Source of the DNA: Podarcis gaigeae
Taxonomy: Eukaryota
DNA: 64,000 nt
NCBI GenBank assembly: GCA_964106915.2
Contig: OZ066927.1
Reading direction: 5' to 3' (one strand)
The position numbers were made by a program, and so were the translations under genes. Below the pieces are notes generated by a model. It worked only from the letters and a program-made list of their open reading frames with translations. It searched no databases and had not been told where the DNA came from. This document shows positions 41,701-46,922 of the stretch, piece by piece (the stretch's first letter is position 1; each line of letters starts with the position of its first letter).

Positions 41701-44700
41701 CACATAAAGAGGTTTGGAGGGCCAGATGTTTACAATAATACATTAGAGGGAGGGAGGGAGGAGAGTTATGGACCTCTAGAAGGAAAAAGGCACCCAGATC
41801 AAAAGGAAGGGCCAAAGAAAGGCTGGGTTTCAGGGAAGGCGGATAAAGAAGTGATGCAAGGTAGGTATGAATAATAGAGTGAAGTTCTTAAGAAGAAGAA
41901 AAGTGAGCAGAACATAGGAACACAGGAAGCAGCCTTGCACCAAGTTGGATTGTTGGTCCACTTGGCTCAGAAGTTTCCAAACTGATTATTTTCTCTCTTT
42001 TTTTCATGTTCATTTTCAGCAACGCAAATCCCTGAACAAGCCCCATATGACATCCCTGGAGACTCCCCAGGCAATATCCTTGGAGCTGCTGAAACTCAAA
42101 ATGTTACAAGTGTTCTAGCCAATTCCCCTGAAACAACCAAAGGGGGCACTTTTGAAGAAGCTGCAATTCATGGTCCTGGAGATGCCACCACTGTTGCAAC
42201 TGATGCCTCTGCTGCTGCCACAGGGGACACGCAGCAGAGGGCTGTGACCTTCATCCCTGGCAGGCAGAAAGGAGGCACCACTGGCAGTGCGGCAACTCTC
42301 CACCCTGCAGGAAGCACAGGAGGGATGCCAGGAGGGACTGCATCCTACATCTCGAGACAGACCACTACTCTCATCCTTGGAAGTGGAGGCATCTCAATAA
42401 ACTTCCTTGATGGTGCTGCAACTCACATTCCTGGAGCAGCAACTGGCGACATTCTTGGGGGTGCTGTAATTAATGTCCCAGGCAATATTGTTGGTGGCAC
42501 TGCAACTCACATTCCTATTGGGGTAACAGGCAACATCTATGGTGGTACTGTAACTGACATTGCTGGAGGTGCCACGGGCAGGATCCTTGGTGATACAGAG
42601 CCTCCCATCACTGGAGGTGCAACAGGCTACATTCCAGGTAGTGCTACAAGGCCCATCCCTGGAGAAACAGGAGGCAACCTCACTGGTGGTTTTGCAACTG
42701 ACAACCCAGGTAAGGCAACAGGCAACATAACTTCAGGTTCTGCAACTAACATCCCTGGCGGAGCAACAGGCAACATCTTTAATGGTTCTGTAACTCAGAT
42801 CCCTGGTGACACAACAAACAACATCACTGGTGGTTCTGCAACTCACATCTCTGTAGGCACAGGAGTCAATGCAGCTGGTGGTTCTGCAACTGATATCACA
42901 GGTGATGTAACAGGCAACATTCCTGGTGGTGCTACAACGCACATTCCTGGTGAAACAGGAGGCAACTTGGCTGGTGGTTCTGAAACTGGCATCCTTGTTG
43001 GTGCAACAAGCAACTTCCCTGGAGGTTCTGTAGCTCACAACTCTGTAGCCACTGCAGGCAAGACTGATGGTGGTTCTGCAACTCAGATAACCCATGGTGC
43101 AACAGGCAACGTTCCTGATGGTGCTGTAACTGACAAACCTGGAGGTGTAACAGGTGGCATAACTGGTGGTTTCCCTACTCAAATCTCTGTAGGCACAACT
43201 GGCAACATTCCTGGTGGTTTGACAGTACATATCCCTGGCCAAACAGGAGGCAATCTCTATAGTGGCTCTGCAACTGGCATCACTGGTGCAGCAACAGGCA
43301 ACATCTCTGGTAGTTCTGCAACTGACAAGCCTGATGGTGCAACAGGCAATGCTGCTGCAACTAACATTCCTGGTGGTACCATAAACAACATCCTTGGTTC
43401 TGCAACTCATGTATCTATAGACACAAGGAGCAACACTGCTGGTGGTTCTGCAACTGACATCCCTGGTGAAATGGGAGAAAACACTGCTGGTCATTCTGCA
43501 ACTGGCATCCCTGGTGGTGCAACAGGAGATGTCTCTGAAGGTTCTGCAACTCACAACTCTGTGGGCACAGCAGGCAACATTGATGGGGGTTCTATAAATG
43601 ACATTGCTAGTACAGCAACGGGCAACATTCCTGATGGTGCTGCAACAGACATCTTTGGTGGAGGAACAGGGAACAGCTCTGATGGTTCTACAACTGATAT
43701 CCTTGGAGAGGCAACAAGCAGCGTTGCTGGTGGTTCTGACACTCACATCTCTGTAGGCACAACAAGAAGCAACACTGCTGGTGCAATGGACATCCCTGTT
43801 AGAGCCATAGGCAACATCCTTGGTGGTTCTGCAACTCATATCTCTGTAGGCACAACAGGCAACCTTGATGGTGGTTCTGAAGCTGACACTGCTGGTGCAG
43901 CAACAGACAACATTCCTGATGGTGCTGCAACCGACATCCTTCATGGCATCACAGGCAACATGCTTGGTAGTGCTGCAACTCACATCTCTGTAGGCACAAG
44001 AGACAACATTGCTGGCAGGTTTGCAACTAACATACAAGGTGCAGCAACAGGCAACATCCCTGAAGCTGCTACAGCTGACATTGCTGGTGCAGCAACAGGC
44101 AACATTCCTAATGGTCCTACAACACGTGTCCCTGGTGAAACAGGAGACAACCTCACTGGTGGTTCTGTAACTGACATTGCTGGTGCAGCAACAGACAACA
44201 CCCCTGCAACTAACATCCTTGGTGGTTCTGCAACTCACATCTCTGTGGGTACAACAGGCAACAGTGCTGATGGTTCTGCAGCTGCTATTATTAATGGTGC
44301 AACACGAAACATTCCTGGTGGATTCACAACTGGCATCCTTGGAGAGGCAACAGGCAGCAGCACTGGTGGTTCTTTAACTCCTGTCTCTATAGGCACAAGA
44401 AGCAATGCTGCTGGTGGTTCAACAGAAATTGGGGGTTCAGCAGCTTACAACTCTGTAGGAACAGCAGGCAACATTGATGGTGGTTCTGCAAATGACATCA
44501 CTGTTGGTGCTACAGGTCACATCCCTGATGGTGCTGCAACGGACACTGGAATCGCAGCAACAGGAAACATACCACATGCTGCTCCAACGTTCATCCCAGG
44601 TGGCACAACAAACGATATCCTTGATGGTTCTGCAAGTGGCATTACTGTTGGTGCAACAAGCAACATTCCTGGTGGCTCTGCAACTGTCATCCTTGCAAAG

Positions 44701-45819
44701 GAAACAGACAGCATCGCTGGTGGTTCTGAAACTTACGTCTCTGTAGGCAAAACAACAAGGAGCTACACTGTTGGTGGCTCTGCAATTGGCACTGTTGGTG
44801 GTGCAACAGGCAACATTCCTGGTGGTCCTACAACACACATCCCTGGAGAAATAGGAGGCAACTTCACTGGTGGTTCTGCAACTGACACCCCCAGGGATGC
44901 AACAGGCAATATCTCTGGAGGTTCTGCAAATCACAACTCTGTAGACATGGGAGGCAACACTGATGATGGTTTTGCAACAGAGATACCTCATGGCGTAACA
45001 GGAAACACTGCTGGTGCTTCTGCACATGGCATCACCAGTGATGCAACAGGCAACATCCATGGTCCAGCAACAAGCAACATCTCTCATGGTGCTCCATCAA
45101 TCTTTGGTGGAGCAACAGGCAACATCACTGGTGGTTTCGCAACCAACATAACTGGTGGTGCCACAAGCAACATCCCTGGTAGTTCTGCAACTCAAATTCC
45201 TCATCACACAACAGGCACCATCAGTGGTGGTGATGCAACTCAGATCCCTGTTACAGCAATGGGCAACATGCGTGGTGCTGCTGCATCTGACATCCCTAGT
45301 GGCACTACAGGCAACATCCCCAATGGCTCTGCAATTGACCTCCCTGGTGGTGCAACTCCAGACATCAGTGGTGGGGATGTCACCCAAATCCCTGGTAGCA
45401 CAACAGAGGATGTATCTGGTGGTGATTTGACTCATATTCCCGGGGATGCAGCAACTCAAATTCTTGGTAGTGCAACAGGCAAAATTCCTCCTGTCTCTGA
45501 ATTTGATATTCCTGGTGGTGCAACAGGTAGTCTCACAGGTGGTTCTGTAACTCACACCCCAAGAGCAGCAACAGGCTACATTCCTGCTGGTTCTGCAACC
45601 GACATCACCGGTGGCACAACAGGCAACGGCAATGGTGGTTCTGCAATTCCCATTCCTACTGGTGCAACAGGTAACCACACTGGTGGTGCTGCAACTCACA
45701 TCCTTGGAAACACTACAGGGGACATCTATGGAGGTGCCCCTTCATATGCATGGACCCATCCAATCCTGTTTTCCACCTCCCTTGTCCTCCCTTACTTTCT
45801 TACAACTGTTTTCCTATAA
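1454..45819 (+). CDS. Giant modular GPI-anchored protein gene, tentatively mesothelin/otoancorin/stereocilin-like; 5' end lies upstream of the window; 38 internal exons plus 2 alternative terminal exons
   Basis: All 38 exons have AG/GT borders and join without stops (5704 nt = 1901 codons + 1). Four exon types recur in order A-B-C-D about ten times. Many N-glycosylation sequons and GPI-type C-termini. Family assignment is inference from the alpha-helical Leu-rich repeats, the GPI anchor and position next to CIAO3 (MSLN/MSLNL neighbour CIAO3 in human). Confidence 0.85.
1810..2430 (+). mobile_element. L2-like LINE 3' fragment
   Basis: Degenerate SRLDY..VGLPLEMVQKLQLVQDSAA coding remnant followed by 3' UTR and A-rich tail. 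Related fragments at ~25370-25690 (+), 35705-36065 (-), 55530-55850 (-). Confidence 0.7.
2597..2686. mobile_element. 90-bp hAT-type MITE
   Basis: TIR CATAGCTGTCAA..TTGACAGCTATG; perfect 8-bp TSD GTTCCCAG. Confidence 0.85.
2860..2963 (+). CDS. Modular gene exon B1
   Basis: cccag|G..G|gtaaag; ITGISRGFSEIPQERKKDCVNYIVSFLTQKSQTI; 104 nt, phase 2-1. Confidence 0.85.
3022..3714 (-). mobile_element. Internally deleted hAT (Charlie/Buster-like) DNA transposon
   Basis: TIR CAGTGGTTCTCAAA..TTTGAGAACCACTG. Minus-strand remnant CEQGFSTLTNTKEQKRKRLLCVDEEMRL resembles the hAT C-terminal dimerisation region. Confidence 0.75.
3735..3949. mobile_element. Tc1/mariner-pogo-type MITE
   Basis: TA|CAGTGGTACCTC..GAGGTACCACTG|TA. 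Confidence 0.85.
4267..4385 (+). CDS. Modular gene exon C1
   Basis: ttccag|GT..GCT|gtaagt; GPACFGQTTPRNWLLTYFGQF..FDA; 119 nt, phase 1-0. Confidence 0.85.
4766..4933 (+). CDS. Modular gene exon D1
   Basis: tccag|TAC..CAG|gtattt; YAVLDLLTPIQIG..FTRAAIQ; 168 nt, phase 0-0. Confidence 0.85.
5381..5857. mobile_element. Tc1/mariner-pogo-type MITE
   Basis: TA|CAGTGGTACCTTGGTTCTCA..TGAGAACTAAGGTACCACTG|TA. Confidence 0.85.
5928..6133 (+). CDS. Modular gene exon A2
   Basis: ctgcag|CAC..AT|gtaagt; HKMTVLPNTEV..PQNYNSFTA; 206 nt. Confidence 0.85.
7207..7301 (+). CDS. Modular gene exon B2
   Basis: gacag|T..G|gtaaca; VAGLSGAHSQMAEPFRRAVVLWIIQNLKDLK; 95 nt. Confidence 0.8.
7445..7551 (+). CDS. Modular gene exon C2
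   Basis: ttcag|AA..CCT|gtaggt; EKPSEPFSEWIKFAWGSFFKDATLGEVESIKEDFDP; 107 nt. Confidence 0.8.
8508..8687 (+). CDS. Modular gene exon D2
   Basis: tctag|TTT..CAG|gtaagt; FAVLNTLSTEQLV..LNFILEQ; 180 nt. Confidence 0.85.
8908..9116 (+). CDS. Modular gene exon A3
   Basis: ttgcag|AAG..AT|gtaggt; KNIPGIRNAEV..WFTKKL..IPLDVSFASFRA; 209 nt. Confidence 0.85.
9763..9866 (+). CDS. Modular gene exon B3
   Basis: ttgcag|A..G|gtaact; FGGFDQVFPELPEEASIQIYNLMKRIMQFQINAS; 104 nt. Confidence 0.85.
10060..10178 (+). CDS. Modular gene exon C3
   Basis: ttttag|GG..GGG|gtaagt; GTVFPGAYSNSQSFLQLLFYRF..YPNFNG; 119 nt. Confidence 0.85.
10500..10667 (+). CDS. Modular gene exon D3
   Basis: gccag|TTT..CAG|gtaatt; FEALSALTPKQMG..FNAAVNQ; 168 nt. 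Confidence 0.85.
11147..11190. repeat. (CT)n microsatellite
   Basis: Direct reading. Confidence 0.95.
11190..11565 (-). mobile_element. L1-like LINE 3' fragment
   Basis: Minus strand reads WKEDKVLTRDEWLIKMADYAEMAKMTRKIRNQEEGEFNKEW (resembles an ORF2 C-terminus), then UTR ending at the (GA)n tract. Confidence 0.65.
11889..12091 (+). CDS. Modular gene exon A4
   Basis: ttgcag|AGA..TT|gtaagt; RQLFVLPDLR..WFGTQL..IPLDIDCQSHQN; 203 nt. Confidence 0.85.
12136..12552. mobile_element. AT-rich non-autonomous DNA element, TAGGGA..TCCCTA termini
   Basis: Related degenerate copies at ~6760-7070, 18570-19010, 23290-23675, 26490-26890, 34140-34790, 38720-38990. Confidence 0.55.
12727..12830 (+). CDS. Modular gene exon B4
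   Basis: ctcag|G..G|gtatca; VQAMDKVFDRFTEGQKKAIHARIFSYLESYQADQ; 104 nt. Confidence 0.85.
12904..13260. mobile_element. hAT-type non-autonomous element
   Basis: CAGTAGTTCCCAAA..GGTTAAACGCTG termini; 8-bp TSD GATTAGAC/GATTAAAC. Confidence 0.7.
13590..13705 (+). CDS. Modular gene exon C4
   Basis: ttgcag|GG..GGG|gtaagg; GVTCSPNTNSSQWILSNYGQF..NFNG; 116 nt. Confidence 0.85.
14090..14442 (+). mobile_element. Sauria SINE (near full length)
   Basis: tRNA-like head GGGTGGCGCTGTGGGTTAAACC..GGTTCGAA and the characteristic (ACCTTT)n tail. Confidence 0.88.
14489..14647 (+). CDS. Modular gene exon D4
   Basis: ttcag|ATT..CCG|gtatgt; ISAMAELSANQLA..LNTIAP; 159 nt. Confidence 0.85.
15645..15844 (+). CDS. 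Modular gene exon A5
   Basis: cacag|ATG..AT|gtgagt; MELQSS..WFQVIF..IPLKISCDSYQK; 200 nt. Confidence 0.85.
16531..16631 (+). CDS. Modular gene exon B5
   Basis: cccag|A..G|gtaaca; LKGFNNVFANILPGKALSVFGFSKAFLTTKIKS; 101 nt. Confidence 0.85.
19092..19210 (+). CDS. Modular gene exon C5
   Basis: tccag|GC..GGA|gtgagt; GIACGRPTQSVQEWLEINLGNFSRYAQYQDL..FDG; 119 nt. Confidence 0.88.
19842..19977. mobile_element. Palindromic hAT-type MITE
   Basis: Inverted-repeat body; perfect 8-bp TSD ATCTAAAT. Confidence 0.85.
20426..20716. mobile_element. Tc1/mariner-pogo-type MITE
   Basis: TA|CAGTTATACCTTG..CAAGGTACCACTG|TA; internal CATGCGCAGA-like repeats. Confidence 0.75.
21071..21238 (+). CDS. Modular gene exon D5
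   Basis: ctgcag|ATG..AAG|gtacgg; MAVLQSLSPLQLA..FNTDANK; 168 nt. Confidence 0.85.
21560..21771 (+). CDS. Modular gene exon A6
   Basis: ttgcag|CTT..GT|gtgagt; LGITSLKEEG..VSGCDAFQA; 212 nt. Confidence 0.85.
22946..23049 (+). CDS. Modular gene exon B6
   Basis: ttcag|G..G|gtaact; VSSLSQIYSAILPTNQLGIYRTLFSYLDNQHKTT; 104 nt. Confidence 0.85.
23955..24073 (+). CDS. Modular gene exon C6
   Basis: ctgcag|GA..GGG|gtacgt; GSACTSNTGDSEAWLQDNLGAF..FNG; 119 nt. Confidence 0.88.
24673..24840 (+). CDS. Modular gene exon D6
   Basis: tacag|TTT..CAG|gtgagt; FDVRGNLTATQLA..FAALAAQ; 168 nt. Confidence 0.85.
25129..25325 (+). CDS. Modular gene exon A7
   Basis: ggcag|AGC..AT|gtgagt; SGVTFLPNTEV..PSINAT..IPCSTFKA; 197 nt. 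Confidence 0.85.
25919..26022 (+). CDS. Modular gene exon B7
   Basis: cccag|A..G|gtaggt; MAGLDGSFRHMSSDSRQDVYNFAKGYLMTKASQG; 104 nt. Confidence 0.85.
26306..26424 (+). CDS. Modular gene exon C7
   Basis: tccag|GA..CCG|gtaagt; GDPCTENTRGSLGWLTANFGSFSSLASYKDL..FHP; 119 nt. Confidence 0.88.
26942..27100 (+). CDS. Modular gene exon D7
   Basis: tttag|ATG..CAG|gtttgc; MDAVARLTPSQLA..FNVAAQQ; 159 nt. Confidence 0.85.
28152..28360 (+). CDS. Modular gene exon A8
   Basis: taaag|CAC..AT|gtaggt (in-frame alternative acceptor 6 nt downstream); HQLTQLPNLE..WFGQRL..DMSCDSLAA; 209 nt. Confidence 0.82.
28947..29050 (+). CDS. Modular gene exon B8
   Basis: ttgcag|A..G|gtaaac; VEGLNDHHANSTFENPEDIFSFIKRILEFQQQNS; 104 nt. 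Confidence 0.85.
29195..29313 (+). CDS. Modular gene exon C8
   Basis: cacag|GT..GGG|gtgaga; GSACTQGGSTDQEWLSKFFGPFSAYGSYSDF..FRG; 119 nt. Confidence 0.88.
29702..29875 (+). CDS. Modular gene exon D8
   Basis: atgcag|GTG..AAG|gtaaac; VDSLDLFSATALA..FNTLVLK; 174 nt. Confidence 0.85.
30828..31030 (+). CDS. Modular gene exon A9
   Basis: tccag|AAC..AT|gtaagt; NRGLLSNPKV..WFQKL..GMPCPYYQT; 203 nt. Confidence 0.85.
31288..31624. mobile_element. Tc1/mariner-pogo-type MITE (CpG-rich, probably young)
   Basis: TA|CAGTGGTGCCCCGCAAGACG..CATCTTGTGAGGCACCACTG|TA. Confidence 0.85.
32494..32597 (+). CDS. Modular gene exon B9
   Basis: ctcag|T..G|gtaagg; VKAMDGLYSTLSARKRQDVYDFQKTYLAYQFADS; 104 nt. Confidence 0.85.
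33176..33294 (+). CDS. Modular gene exon C9 (frame stays open past the donor to TGA at 33381)
   Basis: cacag|GG..GGA|gtaagt; GSACDGGTTGIRDWLTKNLGEFCTVA..LDG; 119 nt. Confidence 0.88.
33972..33977 (+). terminator. Candidate intronic poly(A) signal after exon C9 read-through
   Basis: AATAAA followed about 30-55 nt later by GT-rich sequence (ttggtatgtttcatggtggtgttttc). Confidence 0.4.
34049..34087. repeat. (AC)n microsatellite
   Basis: Direct reading. Confidence 0.95.
34281..34529. mobile_element. Mariner-type MITE nested in an older AT-rich element
   Basis: TA|CCGTATTTTTCACTCTATAAGAC..GTCTTATAGAGTGAAAAATACGG|TA. Confidence 0.88.
35659..35703. repeat. (TAA)n microsatellite, tail of the minus-strand L2-like fragment
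   Basis: Direct reading. Confidence 0.95.
36329..36901 (-). mobile_element. Probable solo LTR
   Basis: Minus strand begins TGTCATGGACTGG, has a purine-rich body and AATAAA ~50 nt before a ..TGTCAC end. No clean TSD seen. Confidence 0.5.
37499..37669 (+). CDS. Modular gene exon D9 (divergent)
   Basis: cgcag|ATG..AAG|gtaagg; MENPSALRPAQAADL..YLSRLKGPPCK; 171 nt. Confidence 0.8.
38450..38697 (+). CDS. Modular gene exon A10 (divergent, longer)
   Basis: cgcag|AGC..AC|gtaagt; SYKPTEILSMCQG..QWNEVY..AACELFQS; 248 nt, phase 0-2. Confidence 0.8.
39184..39290 (+). CDS. Modular gene exon B10 (last common exon)
   Basis: cgcag|A..G|gtaacc; MKEIVALHPSLTKWQEELAEVKSLCLLGDQQPKPT; 107 nt, phase 2-1. Confidence 0.8.
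39351..39630 (+). mobile_element. tRNA-derived SINE with L2-like tail and (TCC/TTC)n end
   Basis: A-box TGGTGTAGTGG, degenerate B-box, core GGGTGACC-TGGGC-AGTCAC, simple-repeat tail. Related pieces at ~24940-25015 and 48550-48760 (-). Confidence 0.75.
39733..40691 (+). CDS. Alternative terminal exon T1: ~319-aa G/T/A/P-rich stalk plus GPI signal
   Basis: Polypyrimidine tract and NAGNAG acceptor (ttgcag|CAG). Phase-1 open frame AATQIPERT..PGNVSGGAPAYAWTHPVLFFTCLLLPCFIVTISP-TAG (40689-40691). Absent from the ORF track, consistent with no in-frame start codon. Confidence 0.8.
40871..40876 (+). terminator. Candidate poly(A) signal for the T1 isoform (second AATAAA at 41185-41190)
   Basis: AATAAA 180 nt after the T1 stop. 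The second hexamer is followed by gtaggttgttgtgtg. Confidence 0.45.
40956..41183. mobile_element. MITE in the T1 3' flank
   Basis: Inverted termini GGGATTGCCATA..TATGGCAACCC. Confidence 0.6.
42020..45819 (+). CDS. Alternative terminal exon T2: ~1266-aa G/T/A/I repeat stalk plus GPI signal
   Basis: ttttcag|CA; phase-1 frame ATQIPEQAP.. continuous with ORF 42244-45819; ends GDIYGGAPSYAWTHPILFSTSLVLPYFLTTVFL-TAA. Confidence 0.85.
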
Positions 45820-46668
45820 TCCAACCTTGCTATCCACAATGTTTTGCAAAATATTTAATATTTCTTAGTAAACATTCCTTATTTCTGTACACCTGAGTTT
45901 GGAAAAGCAGCTGGATGTTTCTTGGTGCCCCACCAACTATTGTGTTTTTCCACCCTCCAAATTCTGCCTCCACCCCTTAAAGAATTCAGTCCACTTGCAA
46001 ACTTTGTGCAGGTTATAAAAAGCTAGGTCCCTTGTGCTTTTGAGAACAATACATGGTGATTTAATGTGGATATTCAATGGCCAATTGCAGAACCTTATTA
46101 GGCTCTGACACAATTGATGTGAAACAGGAACTGAGTCAGAGCATTGGTGAGCTAGCTTAGTACTGCCAGCATTGATTGGCAGCAGTTCTCCAGAGCTTCA
46201 GGCAGGGAGCATTTCCCACTCTTCCCAGGAAATACCAGAGATTGAACTTGAGACCTTCTGCATGTAAAGTGAGCCATGTTCCTTCCACAAATTCCTTCCA
46301 CAATTAGGTGGTTATCTAATGAAGGATTTTCAGCGCTCTCGCTTGCTGGTGTCTTGGGGAATGCACTCACCTTTCATTCTCTAAACGATTTTCTAAATGA
46401 TTCTTAGCTTGGATCCTTGGTATACTTGTGTGTGAATTTATCATACCCTCCAACATTTCTCTGATGAAAATAGGAACATCTTATTCCATCATCATCATCA
46501 TCATGATAAAATGAAATTTATTATTTTTTTAATTTGTACCCTACCCCAGCTACTCTGGGAGGCTACCAACATATATAAAACATATATAAAATCATAATAA
46601 AACATTAAACATTACAAAAACTTCCCTGTACAGGGCTGCTTTCAGGGGACTCGGGGGTTGCATAACTC

Positions 46669-46922
46669 CATACCCTCCAACATTCCTCCAATGAAAATAG
46701 GGATGTCCTAAGGAAAAGTGTTTGACCAAACTGCGGGAGGCAGTGGAGGACAGAGGTGCCTGGTGTTCTCTGGTCCATGGGGTCACGAAGAGTCGGACAC
46801 GACTAAACGACTAAACAACAACAACAAGGAAAAGTGGGACATTCTAGGATCAGATCAGAAACCAGGATGGCTTCTGCAAATCCGGGACTGTCTCTGGAAA
46901 ATAGGGACACTTGGAGGGTCTG
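46669..46922. mobile_element. MITE interrupted by a Bov-B fragment
   Basis: Termini CATACCCTCCAA..TTGGAGGGTCTG; second copy of the head at ~46442. Confidence 0.65.
46721..46825 (+). mobile_element. Bov-B (RTE) LINE 3'-terminal fragment
   Basis: GTCCATGGGGTCACGAAGAGTCGGACACGACTAAACGACTAAAC(AAC)n; 11-bp TSD AAGGAAAAGTG at 46710-46720 and 46826-46836. Confidence 0.88.

Noticed and set aside
42733-45699. Long minus-strand Cys/Arg-rich ORFs (501, 216, 200 aa)
   Set aside because: Antisense shadows of the GCA/ACA/GGT-rich repeat exon T2. No splice or promoter support, and interrupted by stops while the plus frame is continuous.
42600-45720. CRISPR-like array of recurring GGTGGTTCTGCAACT
   Set aside because: Eukaryotic coding repeat in codon register, with related rather than unique spacers.
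42244-45819. Stand-alone 1191-aa single-exon gene
   Set aside because: Starts at GTG with no signal peptide. The frame extends upstream to a strong splice acceptor at 42020 in the phase matching exon B10.
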